Shown piece after piece: positions 12,421 to 24,320 of a DNA stretch of 64,000 bases (its first letter is position 1; every line of letters starts with the position of its first letter). The position numbers and the translations under genes are program-made. This DNA is from Octopus sinensis (taxonomy: Eukaryota). The stretch covers positions 53,816,001 to 53,880,000 of the forward strand of contig NC_042998.1 of assembly GCF_006345805.1 (NCBI RefSeq), read 5' to 3'. Below the pieces are notes generated by a model, which ran no database searches, was not told where the DNA came from, and saw nothing but the letters and a program-made list of their open reading frames with translations.

Positions 12421-13139
12421 AAGTGAATGCAAGATTACTTGGATAAATTCTAACTTGCCATGACTTTAAAGGTTCTAATTGCATGTTATCTGTGTTGGTT
12501 TCTGTAATATTGTAGTGAGACCAATTTTTATTACGGCATATCAAAGTCGACTAGCCTTTTATAGGCTCCACACGTTAATCTTTAATTACTTTAATGACCT
12601 ACCATGTGAGCTTGGAACATTTGGTTGGGTCTTGTATTTTTATTGGTCAAGCATTGTACAGGATATGGATCTCGGATCCAATCACGTTGAGAGTAAGACA
12701 TTCTAAAACACCTAACCTAAACCATCACTGGAGCCTATGTCCACTAATATAATGAGTTAACAAAACCTCTATTGATAGAGGGGCAAGGGAATTTTCAGGA
12801 AGACAAGTCATATTTTCCTGGTGTTATAATGAAGCACTTGTAACCAATGACAACCAGAGCTGAATTATCCAAATGATGGACGAACTATACAACCACCAGA
12901 ATCCGAAATTTGTTTATTTGATTCACTGTATAATTTAGCAAAGGAATAAAGACTCACTGTTATTTTTTAGTTTGTTTCTTGTATTATTTCCATGAGTTAA
13001 CACACAACACATGTCATATAATGGTATGCAAGATTACATAGTAAATCAAGAGAAACTTTACACTATACAGCTAAAATATGTTCAGTAAAGATGTTTTTGT
13101 GCTTTTGAAGGAGACAAAATTGCTATGTCCCTATTGGAG

Positions 13140-13745
13140 GATAGTGTTGTGGCCACTGCTCATGGAAATAGTATGTGTTCCATGTAGTATGATGAGGCTG
13201 CATATGGGGTGATACCTCTGCATAGAAGGTTAAAGAGACATGCAGGGTGAAGTCATTTGCATAGGAATGGGCACCTTTGGATGGGATGGTATGTAAATTA
13301 TTGATATACTAGAAGAGTGTTGAATGTGTAGAACACAATCAAACCTTGGTTCACACAAGATTTGATATGTTGGCCAGAAAGAGCTTCATCCTTGGAGGCT
13401 GTGATGGTGTGATCTGCCAGGAATCTTCTAATCCAAGCTATGTGAGATGGATGGAGACAATAGGCAGGCAGCTGAACTCTGAAATTTGTATGGTAGACAC
13501 TATCAAAAACTTTGCTGATGGTAGATTCAGTGATCTGGTTTTGTGGAAACTATACTGATAGTTATTGAGGGGCAAAAGTGAAATTGAAAGTGTTGGAGAA
13601 GATGGTTGTTCACAAAAGTTTCCATTGTCCATCAGATGTTGGAAGTGAGAACAATCGATTAACAGATGGTGAAGTCACTTAGGTTGCCCTTTATAAGAAT
13701 GGGACATATTGTTGCATGCTCCAAAACAAAAACAAGATTAGAACA
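13140..13745 (-). pseudogene. Decayed CR1/L2-group reverse transcriptase core
   Basis: SIVLTS..METFVNNHL..NYQYSFHKTRS, KVFDSVYH...LPAYCLHPS..WIRRFL, and HSYANDFTLH (YADD-like). Confidence 0.8.
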
Positions 13746-13858
13746 GATCGCTGGAGAGAGAGAGAGAGAGAGGGGGTGGCAGATATTGTAGAGCTAGGCA
13801 AGGGTAGATGATAACAAGGATGAAACCTCTGTGGAAAGTTAAAAGCAGAGGATGGTAT

Positions 13859-14392
13859 TGTAATGGGAATTAGTTGCTTCTTGCACTTTTAGGGTGCAAC
13901 TCGGGTGCATTCACAATTTCCGTTCCTTTAATTTCCAGATTCTACCAGTCAAAGAACACAAACGCAACAGTAAAAAATATATACTCTTTATTTTTCTTAT
14001 ACACAGTAAGAAATAAGGTGGTATATTTGGTTCCACTTGGTATGGATGTGGCAAGGCTGAACTTTAACGCTTGTAAGAATCTTACAAGTTCAGCAGCAAA
14101 CAGAGCTGGTCAAATATGGCGTCCTTAGAGAGCGGAGAAAATACGGTCTGCAACAATTTGGTGTGGACAGCCTTCTGGAGACTGCTACGTGTCTCTGGAC
14201 GCTTTTTGGTTAAGGCTTTACGCTCCCACGCCTCCTGTCAGCTAAATGCCACATCATCATTCCCTTCTTCCGGTCTTCGCGCATGCGCGAGAGGGCACTT
14301 CCCTTCTGCCTCTCCAGAAGGCTCCAAACCCCGCACACGCGAACTGAAGTGGCGTTGCGCGCGTGTGCGCACTGTTGGATAGCGTCACTACA
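13859..14392 (-). mobile_element. Solo LTR, 534 bp, Ty3/Gypsy-like
   Basis: TGTAATG...CACTACA inverted termini, 4-bp TSD GTAT (13855-58 and 14393-96), AATAAA on the minus strand at 13987-92, CpG-rich core. Confidence 0.8.
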
Positions 14393-14849
14393 GTATCATC
14401 AGTATAAGAGTGAGTATTGAAAGATGTAATGGCCAGTAGGTGTAACAGTAAAAATGAGCACCACCAAATGTTACAGTAGATTGAGTTGTTTAAAGCAGAA
14501 GAAACCAGGTTTCGAAAAGAAGAAAACTGAACGGTGAAATGTCATCAACAAATTTTTGTTTACTTCTGGTCAGTGTGACAGGTCTTGAGTTAGTAGCAGC
14601 AGGCAATAGTGGCAAATGAGAATATTCTTCTTTGTGCACTATGAGAAGTGGTGGAAGCAGTGTGTCTAACAGGTCAATTATAGCGTATTTCTTTATTAAC
14701 CTATAAAAGGTTTACATAGAGGGACATTACAAAGTATGCACATGAATACTTACACTCTAACAAATCATTTGACATGAAATGAAAATATCGAAGAAATCTG
14801 ATGAAATGATAAATATAAATACAAATAAAAATTTAAAATAATGTTCAGT

Positions 14850-15714
14850 TTTTTTTTCCTTATTTAACCCGCCGGTTTTTTCCCTTTGTTTTTGTTTTTT
14901 CCTTTTTGTCCTGACCGGCTATACTAGCACGGTCATTCTCAACTTCCTTACCATAGACATCCATCTTTTCTCGAATGTACTATGCGACAGCCACTTCTTC
15001 TTCAGACGGATCTTTCTGGACAGGTGGAAGTTGAAATATCTTACCAATCTGTGTCCGGAGATAAAGTGACCTGATGCAATTCCTTTCGACCGTGTCGTCC
15101 ATACTATTTCTTTCAGTATGGCTACTACACAGAAAAACAATGCCCTCTTTTCCTTGTTGAAGGAAGAAGGCAATACTATCTTGATCATGGACTCAGTCAA
15201 GAGCCGTACTCTTCCCGCAGCCAACATCAGTGGTTCGACATAGGCTATCAACTTCTTCAATTCATCACAGTGTACAAAGGTGTGCACGACCGTTTCACTG
15301 GCGCGTCCGCACCTCAGACATGTAGGGGAGGTGTTAAAACCGTGTCTAGACAACTTCTCTCGAACCTGTAAGGCCGATCGATTGCACAACCAGGCCAAGG
15401 ATTTCTGAAAGTTATCCAGATACCTTGGCCCGAATGTACTTCTGAACAGGTTGGTTATTTGCTCCTCATCGAAGCCCAGAGTTTCCCCCCAGGACATCAC
15501 CGGACTTATGCTCTACCAACCCTCTATAAAAATCCGTAGTGGTAGCCCCGCTGCCGGTATTACTTGCCCGAGACAACGGAGTGAGTGCTTGTCTGTATTC
15601 CTGCCATTCTCCCATCTTAGGTCTCCGCTTGATCCACGTACCTAAGTCCCCGAAGGACTGCAGTTGTGGAAACAGTCGCTTAGCATGTGGTGACCACACC
15701 TGCTCACTATCCAA
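14850..15714 (-). mobile_element. 5'-truncated L1/Tx1-clade LINE 3' end with zf-RVT
   Basis: AWLCNRSALQVREKL...PTCLRCG..SETVVHTFVHC. Two ORFs joined by one frameshift near 15490. Short A-rich 3' end. Confidence 0.85.
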
Positions 15715-15799
15715 GTAGCAAGAGATGCCTCAGCCTCAACACAAACGGCATTACAGAAACTGAAAGAAGCCCGTCGTATGTATGTGTATATATATATAT

Positions 15800-16392
15800 A
15801 TACACCCGTGGCCTTCTACATGGGATGGAGCCAGCCTACGTATGCATACCTTCCCTTCTTGGGACACAAAACTCTACTTGTGAAGACGTGTTGAGGCAAA
15901 TGAGGATCAGAATCGAAATCGATCAATGGAAATTGCGGATGTGCTACCAGTGCCGGTGGCATGTCGAAACTCTGCTTGTGAAGACCCATTGAGGCAAGTG
16001 AGGATCAGAATGGAAATCGATCAATGGAAATTGCAGATGTGTTACCAGTGCCGGTGGCATGTAAAAGAACTTTCCGTTTCGCGACCGTTGCCAGCACCGC
16101 CCCGTTTCGTGTCCGTTGCCAGCCTCGCCTGGCCCTCGTGCCGGTGGCACATAAAAAGCACCATCCGTTCGTGGCCGTTTGCCAGCTCTGTCTGGCACCA
16201 GTGCGGGTGGCACGTAAAAAGCACCCACTACACTCACGGAGTGGTTGGCGTTAGGAAGGGCATCCAGCCGTAGAAACACTGCCAGATTTGACTGGGCCTG
16301 ATGAAGCCTTCTGGCTTCACAGACCCCAGTAGAACCGTCCAACCCATGCTAGCATGGAAAACGGACGCTAAATGATGATGATGATGATGATG

Positions 16393-16395
<3 letters not shown>
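15800..16395 (+). mobile_element. RTE-like LINE 3' region with an internal ~98-bp tandem duplication and (GAT)n tail
   Basis: Duplicated units at 15869-15964 and 15967-16062; tail GAGTGGTTGGCGTTAGGAAGGGCATCC...AAATGATGATG is shared with other copies. Confidence 0.7.
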
Positions 16396-16470
<75 letters not shown>

Positions 16471-16500
16471 GTGAGTGTGTGTGTGTGTGTGAGTGTATAT
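16396..16500. repeat. (AT)n/(GT)n compound microsatellite
   Basis: Direct inspection. Confidence 0.95.
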
Positions 16501-16712
16501 GTTTGTGTGTCTGTGTTTGTCCCCCCAACATTGCTTGACAACTGATGCTGGTGTGTTTACGTCCCCGTAACTTAGCGGTTCGGCAAAAGAGACCGATAGA
16601 ATAAGTACTAGGCTTACAAAAAATAAGTCCTGGAGTCGATTCGTTCGACTAAAGGCGGTGCTCCTGCATGGCCACAGTCAAATGATTGAAACAAGTAAAA
16701 GAGTGAAGAGTA
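16495..16712 (+). mobile_element. SINE-B tail
   Basis: Family tail sequence. Confidence 0.85.
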
Positions 16713-16719
16713 AGGAGTA

Positions 16720-16912
16720 ACTCATGAGAAACAAAATTTTTCCAGCTCTGCTTGGCATTTTTGGTGTCATATTTGAGTCAGTGAATGCCATCAGTCTTTC
16801 ACTGCAAGGGTAAGATACAACCATGCTTCATTCTCATGAAAAACTAACTGCTTTCAAAATGAAGCTTGAACTTTGGCACCCAAAGTTGGAGAGAAAGAAT
16901 TTTGCATCATTG
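16720..16912 (+). pseudogene. hAT (Charlie/Buster-like) transposase fragment
   Basis: IFESVNAISLSLQG*DTTMLHSHEKLTAFKMKLELWHPKLERKNFASL. Confidence 0.65.
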
Positions 16913-16959
16913 TATTAAGAAGACCAGAGGCACAACCTTCCAGCTAAAACTTCTTTGAA

Positions 16960-17850
16960 TTTAGCAATTGGTAACTTAGCAACGATCCACTGCATAATTC
17001 ACCAAGAAAATCTATGTACAAAGTCTCTAAAGCTTGAGAACGTTACGCATGTGAGTGGTTTTACAAAATCCTGAGCACTTAACCATCGCCAGTTTAAAAA
17101 GTTCTTACAAGAACTTGAATTGGTATATGGCGACTTCGTTGACTAAGTAAAGGGAAGACTCTTCAACAATTTTATGGCCTCAAAGAAGAGGTATATACTT
17201 TATAAATGCGGGGTAAATTTGTTTCTGAGTTGAAAGATAATATTTGGATTTGTGACCGTGCATTTCTCATGGATATCACTACACATTTAAATGGTTTAAA
17301 TTTAAAATTGCAAAAGCAAAATCGCTTAATTCATGAGATGTATTCTCATGCCGAAGCTTTTCAAGCAAAACTTCAAATTTGGGAGAATCAACTTAAGACT
17401 ACTGATGCTTTCCATTTCCTTACAATAATCAATCACAGGTCAAAGTCTGGACATGATGGTTTTGTTGCGAAGTTAAATGAGCTGGAAGAAAAGAACTGAA
17501 TCCCAGATTGAATGACTTCAGAGCTTGAGAAGTTGATCTTAATCGTTTTGGAAATTCCTTTAATGTTGATGTTGAAAAAGTTTGAAAGGAAATGCAAATG
17601 AAACTAATTGAACTTCAGAGTGATGAATTTCTTTGGCAAAAATTTAAAGAGGAATCTTAAACGCATTTTTATGGAACTCTGTTCCAAGAAAACTATCCAA
17701 AAGTAGTGTGCTTTGCTAGAAGATAAGTCACTATGTTTAGTAGTATGTATAAATGCAAGCAACTCTTTTCTGGAATGAAAATAAACTCGAAAACTAGATC
17801 AAGATTGACTGATAGTTATCTGGAAGACAATTTACGAATTGGAAATGATA
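16960..17850 (+). pseudogene. hAT (SPIN/GTF2IRD2-like) transposase, decayed C-terminal half
   Basis: HCIIHQENLC, ALNHRQFKKFL, AFLMDITTHLNGLNLKLQ, and the dimerisation-domain-like FSSMYKCKQLFSGMK...RSRLTD. Confidence 0.85.
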
Positions 17851-17914
17851 AGAGTCATCTTTTTGGGAAAAAGCTTTTTCAAAAAGTGACACACACTCTA
17901 CATCTCCCCTGCAC

Positions 17915-20040
17915 CGATTTTGGTCAATGTTATGGGCACTACGTGCGATAATTTTTTTTACCCTCCTCTCTAGAGAATCAAATTCATAAATACAGTGTTG
18001 AATATAGTTTCATTATGGAAAAAGTTAAGGATGATTTAGCTGTTGTTTTTAGCATATCCCCAGCAATTTTGTGGGCACAACATGTTGAGAAGGTTTTTCG
18101 TTAAAAAAAGATTTCAACCCCATATTTATGAATTTCTTTCTTAGCATGATACATGGCAAATTTTCCTTTTGTTAAATATTTTTCCATTACTCAAATGTGC
18201 TTATGGGGAGAAACATATTAAACTAAGAAACTAGGAAAGTATCAGATAGTTGTGAGGCATGCTAAAAAACAACAGCTAAATTGCCCTTAGCTTTTTCTAT
18301 GGTGAAACCATATTCAACACCGTATTTATGAATTTGGTTTTTAAAAAAATATCACTGTGCATAGTGCCCACAAAGTCGACCAAAATCGGTCCGGCAGGAC
18401 GGGAATAAAAAAAAAACTTTTTGAGAATTATTTTTGCTAAAAAAATGCCCCTTATCATCTGCAAGGGGACTGTAAAAAAAATCTGAAATATCCTTGTCAA
18501 AACGGAGAAATTCCAACTTATGTGGGCGACCTGTCCTTGACCTGATTAAATAAAAGTGAAATCTTTCTGATTTTTTTACATCAACTTTTCAATAGTAATT
18601 TTTATTTCTATCATTTCTGCAATCGAGGAAAACGTACAATTTTGAAGAGACAAATCATAACAACCAAAGTTACCACCTTTTTAACCATTTTCCCCAAGTA
18701 CCATAGCTTGAAACAGTTCGCCTAAACCCCACACATAACCATGATTAAGCACGATATATCTTGAATTTTGCAACCTGTCGTTGAAAGTAACGTTTTCAGC
18801 ATAATGAGTCATGTCTCATGCAGATTACTTCTCAAAAAAGGTTGCCTATGTCTGATCTATAAATTAGGAGTGAGAGATTTGTCTCAGGGAAATACAAGAT
18901 ATATGATTTACAAATTAATGCGTGGAATCCAGGACAAACTGGATTAGAAAATTTATGTCTTTTGAAGAAATTAACTATATTATATGGGGCTAAATTTTTT
19001 TTTTTTTTTTTTAACACAAAGGTTTCTCACCACGTAGTGCCCACAAAACCAGTATAAGATGGTTGGGAGATGTGCTAAAAGCAACATACAAATTGTCCTT
19101 AACTTTTTCCATAATGAAACCATGTTTATGAATTTGTTTCTCCAGAGGAGAGGGATAAAATATTATCGTGCATAGTTCCCAGAAAATTAACCAAACTTGG
19201 TCTGGAGGAAGTGTAGAGTCAGAAAGAGAGGGAAAAAATCATTTTCCGAATTTTTTTTTCTTGCTCAGAAAAGATGAGCCCCATCATTTCCAAGAGCACC
19301 ACGAGAAAAAATTTGAAAAATCCCTGTCAAAACAGAGAAATTTCAACTTATTTGGATGACTTATCCCTGACACGATTAAATGAAAGTGAATTTATTTCTA
19401 GAAAGAAAGGTTTAAAAAAATTATCAAGCATAGTGTCCAGAAAATTGACCAAAATTGGTCTGAATGATGTAGAGTGAGGAAGTGGGGTAAAAAAAATATA
19501 AGAGTGGCTGTGTGGTATGTAGCTTGCTTACCAACCACATGGTTCTGGGTTCAGTCCCACTGCGTGGCACCTTGGGCAAGTGTCTTCTACTATAGCTTTG
19601 GGCTGATCAAAGCCTTGTGAGTGGATTTGGTAGACAGAAACTGAAAGAAACCTGTTGTAAGTATGTAAATATATATGTATGTGTGTATGTGTATGTGTGT
19701 GTATGTGTGTATGTGTATGTTTGTGTGTCTTTGTTTGTCCCCCCAACATCGCTTGCAAACCAATGCGGGTGTGTTTATGTTCCTGTAACTTAGCAGTTTG
19801 GCAAAAGAGACCGATAGAATAAGTACTAGACTTACAAAGAATAAGTACTTGGGTCGATATGCTCGACCATATGTGGTGCTCCAGTATGGCCACAGTCAAA
19901 TGAATGAAACATGTAAAAGAGTAATTCAATTTTTTTTTCGAAAAGATGCCTCTCATCATTTCCAAGAGATGAAAAAAATTTGAAAGATCCCTTCTCAAAA
20001 CAGAGAAATTCCAACTTACGTGGGTGACCTATCCTTGATA
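17915..20040. repeat. Complex diverged repeat array with inverted and direct modules
   Basis: 17915-18105 is inverted relative to 18245-18405. A ~250-bp unit recurs at about 18350, 19165 and 19415 (the last split by SINE-B). Confidence 0.6.
19500..19925 (+). mobile_element. SINE-B, full length
   Basis: Head, microsatellite and tail. Confidence 0.9.
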
Positions 20041-20503
20041 TCTGCCAATTTTATTATTCTGATATGTAACATTAGCCCCAAAACTCTTGTCCTTTTTTTT
20101 TTTCCTAAACTACCTTTTCTCACAATTCTTCATCATATGCAGTCATACAGATATAAACACAACAGGCATTTATGTGTTTAGAAGGAACACACCTGGTGTT
20201 TACATGTACTACAATTAATTTTAACTATCTTCTAAAAGTAATTCAAAAATATTCCAGCTAAAAACAAATACTAATACTATAATAATGATAAATCAAAATT
20301 ATTATTTTTTTTAATTATCTTCATTAATGATCTTAATTAACTCTTCACCTGCATTCACCTGCAGTATTATAAATATATTGGATATTGTGTAAAAAAAACT
20401 TCTCTTTAAGGATCAAACATCATGATAGAAAATGCTATTACACTAAATCTAACGTAAGAAAATTAATAGAAACAGAAACTTAATTCCTGAAAAGTTAGAC
20501 TAA

Positions 20504-20540
20504 TCTATAATAATAAATGCAAACTTCTGTCTGTCCAGAA
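20504..20540 (+). mobile_element. Possible Helitron-type 5' terminus
   Basis: A|TCTATAATAATAAATGCAAACTTCTGTCTGTCC resembles non-autonomous Helitron 5' ends; no clear 3' end found. Confidence 0.3.
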
Positions 20541-21109
20541 CCCCTGTATCTCAGTGTACATTTGCTCTACATAGATACACTATACCTTTTTGGAATCAGG
20601 ATGATCCCAGGATTGAAAATCTGCCCTTCATTTGATTCTTGAACATCCAACGTTGAGATCTAATTTAAAAGCATTAGGGTTGCTATTTCTAGCAGGTAAA
20701 GCTTCACTGATTCATGTTATCTTGGTTGGCATTTATCAAATGCCATCAGAGATCAAGGGGGAGATAAATGACACTTGCTTCATTAATTTTATGTCGAGAT
20801 AAGAACCTTGGGATCAATTTGCCAACAGTTAGAATTCAACTTGAGGCAGGAACAATAGAATGATTGCATTACAGAATTAATTCTCATCCACCCTTATTCT
20901 ATGTTCAAATGCCACTGGGGCATATAGTCATTATAGACATAGTATTGTCATAGTCATACTATTTAGGCCTCTGCAGGAGCTAGTTTGAAAGTCTGCACAG
21001 AGTGCGGATTTTAAACTAGTGCTAAATATAGAGATTAATATCCTATGAAAGTTATCAAATATGATGGCATACAAGACTCACTTTTCCCCAGAAAAATGTC
21101 TCTAAGATT

Positions 21110-21600
21110 ACTGTATGTCCCCTAACTGAGGTGATGACAAGTGACCGAGGCTTTTCATGATTTACTGTGCTTGAGAAAATACATCTTAGCTAAGTGAAAT
21201 TGTAATCATGGTCAATACCAGTGACACTTGAAAAGACACCTGTGCAGGTGACACATGTGAGGTACTTGTGTGGATGGGTCATAAAAGGCACCTGTATTGG
21301 TGACATATAAAAGGCACCTAGTACCGGTGACATGTAAAAGGTACCTTATCTGGTGAAACATAAATGGCACTCATGCAGGTGACATGTAAAAAGCACCTGT
21401 GCTGGTGGCACATGAAAGGCACTCATGCCAGTGGCACATAAAAAGCATCCATACAGGTAACACATAAAAGACACCGATGTTAATGACATGTAAATAACAC
21501 CCGTGCCAATGACATGTAAATGGCATCTGTGTTGACATAAAAGGCACCCATGTCACTAACACATAAAGGGCACTAGTGACACGTAGAAAGTGCCTGATTT
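21110..21600 (+). mobile_element. RTE-like LINE 3' end followed by a ~23-bp minisatellite
   Basis: ATGACAAGTGACCGAG...GTGCTTGAGAA, then about 14 degenerate units of GCCAGTGGCACATAAAAGGCACC. Confidence 0.7.
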
Positions 21601-21604
21601 GATG

Positions 21605-21755
21605 ATGTATACAATGCACTGGTGCCGGTGATGAATATAATGCACCAGTGCCAGTGATGCATACAATGCACCAGTGCTAGTGATGCATGCAATTCACTGG
21701 TGCCAGTGGTGTGTGTGATATACCAGTGATACATGCTTGGCACCTGTGACATCAC
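21605..21755. repeat. ~27-bp degenerate minisatellite
   Basis: TGATGCATACAATGCACCAGTGCCAG-like units, about 5 copies. Confidence 0.7.
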
Positions 21756-21756
21756 A

Positions 21757-21900
21757 ACTCATTTCTACAGATGAGTGGACTGGAGTAACATGAAATAAAG
21801 TGTCTTGCTCAAGAACACAACACACACTTCGGTCCAGGATTCGAGCTCACAACCTCATGATCGTAAGCTCAATGCTCTAATCACTGAGTCATGCGCCTTC
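21757..21900 (-). mobile_element. SINE-C head and core
   Basis: Reverse complement of GGCGCATGACTCAGTGATTAGAG...TTGAGCAAGACAC. Confidence 0.8.
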
Positions 21901-21907
21901 ACTGGAC

Positions 21908-21926
21908 CCTATATATATATATATAT

Positions 21927-21979
<53 letters not shown>

Positions 21980-22016
21980 ATATATATATAAATATATATA
22001 TATATATATTATATAT

Positions 22017-22065
<49 letters not shown>

Positions 22066-22072
22066 TATATAC
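21908..22072. repeat. Long interrupted (AT)n
   Basis: Direct inspection. Confidence 0.95.
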
Positions 22073-22205
22073 AACAGGCTTCTTTCAGTCTCTGTCTACC
22101 AAATCTACTTACAAGGCTTTGATCAGCCTGAGGCTATAGTATAAGAACACTTTTCCATGGTGCCACACCATGCGACTGAGAAGCAATATTCTTACCACAC
22201 AGCCA
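22070..22205 (-). mobile_element. SINE-B head
   Basis: Family head and core. Confidence 0.7.
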
Positions 22206-22689
22206 TTCTATATGCCATTTGTCTCCATCTGTGACTAAATGAAGGCAATACTCATTATCTCTACTTTATTAAACATGCACAGAGTTCACATGTCATTTTC
22301 CAAAGATCACTCACTTGTCACTGTATGCTCCCAGTCAATTTTTAATTAAGTGGATTTCCAACTTAACTCCCTTGTTTTTCTTGATTAGAATTAAAATTAA
22401 AGCTAATGATTTATCCACCCCAACCATTCACAATTTAATTAACATCCGTGCCTAACATTCACTAAGCTAATACTACCACCACTTGTGACTATACATCAAT
22501 GATATATTCAATTAGAGAGATATTGCATGCCTGTAAAGCACAGTGACCAACTACAGTCTTGCATTGAGTGAATTAGTAGTGAACCAGTCAAGCATTTAAT
22601 AATAGAGTTCAAATCCTATCAGGTTGAGTTCTTTTCATCTTTCCTGGGTTAATAAGTACTAGTTACTTTTTTTTAATTTTTTCTACTGT

Positions 22690-22900
22690 AGGCACAATGT
22701 CTGAAATTTTGGAGTAGCAACTAGTCTTTTACATCGACCCCAGTGTTCAACTGGTACCTATTTTATTAATCCTGAAAGGATGAAAGACAAAGTTGACCAT
22801 GGTGGAATATGAACTCAGAAAGATGGACAAAATGCTACTAAGAATTATTTTTGTCTGGCATGCTACCAATTCTGCCAGCTCTACACCTTTAAATAGTAGG
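22690..22900 (-). mobile_element. SINE-A, degraded
   Basis: Family body. Confidence 0.65.
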
Positions 22901-23534
22901 ATCAATATAATTGAATGGTATTCATCACAAAATCTGTACATAAATTAAAAATCAAGATTCTCTCTTTGAAATTACGAGGTAAGTAGCAAATTAGTAGTCA
23001 GCTGAGCATCGGACAGAATGTTAGGAAGTATTTGTTGAGATTCTCTGCATACTGAGTTCAAATTCTACTGAGACCAACTTTGCTTTTCATCCTTTCTGGG
23101 TTGATAAAAAGTACAATTCCAGACCAGTAGATCAGTAGGACTATAAGATCATTGGACCAGATACTTTGTGGTATATGTTCCAACTCCTTGCATTCTGAGT
23201 TCAAATCTTCCCAAAGCCTACTTTAGTTATTGACATAATCCATAACCATATTTAATATCCTCACCTACAATTTTAAGTACTTTTAACGAAGTCTACTCTG
23301 TTGCAAGCATTCAAGCCAAGTTCCTGGTTTGAGGATATCTTCATCTCACCTACCAGTCATAGAGGCTCTGTAAAGGGTCATGGGCATTGCTTTCCCTTTT
23401 GATTAAAAGAGAAAAACATTCCTTTACCTTAATGTTTTCTGGGACTATTCCAGTTTTAGGATAGCTACAGTAAGTATCTGTGTAAGAAGTGACTGAAAGA
23501 AATTAACATCACCAAGGATGTTGGTATGTCTAGG

Positions 23535-23720
23535 CACTGATGTGGCTATGTGGTAAGAACTTTGCTTTCCAATCCACATAGTTCTGAGTTTAGTCTCACT
23601 GCATGGCTCTCTGGGCACATGTCTTCTACAAGAGCCCTGGATCAACCAAAATCTTGTGAGTGGATTTGGTTGACAGAAACTGAAAGAAGCCATCGTGTGT
23701 GTGTGTGTGTTTGTTTGTTT
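23535..23720 (+). mobile_element. SINE-B head
   Basis: Head through GAAACTGAAAGAAGCC. Confidence 0.7.
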
Positions 23721-23751
23721 TTCCTTGTTGTGACATTGTGTGATAAGGGTA

Positions 23752-24015
23752 AAGACCCCCTTCGGTCATGAATGACCATGGGATTGCACCTAGAAAGTTA
23801 CCCTCCTAGACACAAGTCCGGGCACGGTTGTTTATGGAAGACCAGCAGTCGCCCATGCATACCAGCCTCCCCTCTCCACGCCACCAGTGTTATCCAAGGG
23901 AAAGACAAAGGTCGATACAGCTTGGTACCAGTGACGTCGCAACTCATTTCTACAGCTGAGTGAACTGGAGCAACATGAAATAAAGTGCCTTGCTCAAGAA
24001 CACAACACGCAGCCA
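23752..24015 (-). mobile_element. SINE-C, head missing
   Basis: Homologous to 44985-45315. Confidence 0.85.
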
Positions 24016-24084
24016 TCATTGTCATACAAGCAATATTCATTTCCAGTATTATGCATGAATATGTCTGACCATGGGAAAATATTA

Positions 24085-24320
24085 CCTATTTGTTTATTAC
24101 CTACAAGGGGCTAAACACAGAGAGGACAAACAAGGACAGACAAACGGATTAAGTCGATTATATCGCCCCCAGTGCGTAACTGGTACTTATTTAATCGACC
24201 CCGAAAGGATGAAAGGCGAAGTCGACCTCGGCGGAATTTGAACTCAGAATGTAACGGCAGATGAAATACCACAAAGCATTTTGCTCAGCGGGCTCACATT
24301 TCTGCCAGCTCGCATTACCT
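24085..24320 (-). mobile_element. SINE-A monomer
   Basis: Low-divergence family body. Confidence 0.85.

Noticed and set aside
14116-14382. 88-aa ORF starting ATGGCG and an apparent host CpG-island promoter
   Set aside because: Lies inside a solo LTR defined by TG..CA termini and a GTAT TSD; no protein similarity recognised
16298-16318. CTGATGA followed by a hairpin (hammerhead-like)
   Set aside because: No GAAA after the stem, and other copies of this RTE tail lack CTGATGA
21225-21760. CRISPR-like periodic array
   Set aside because: Degenerate tandem units without unique spacers, no cas genes, eukaryotic LINE context
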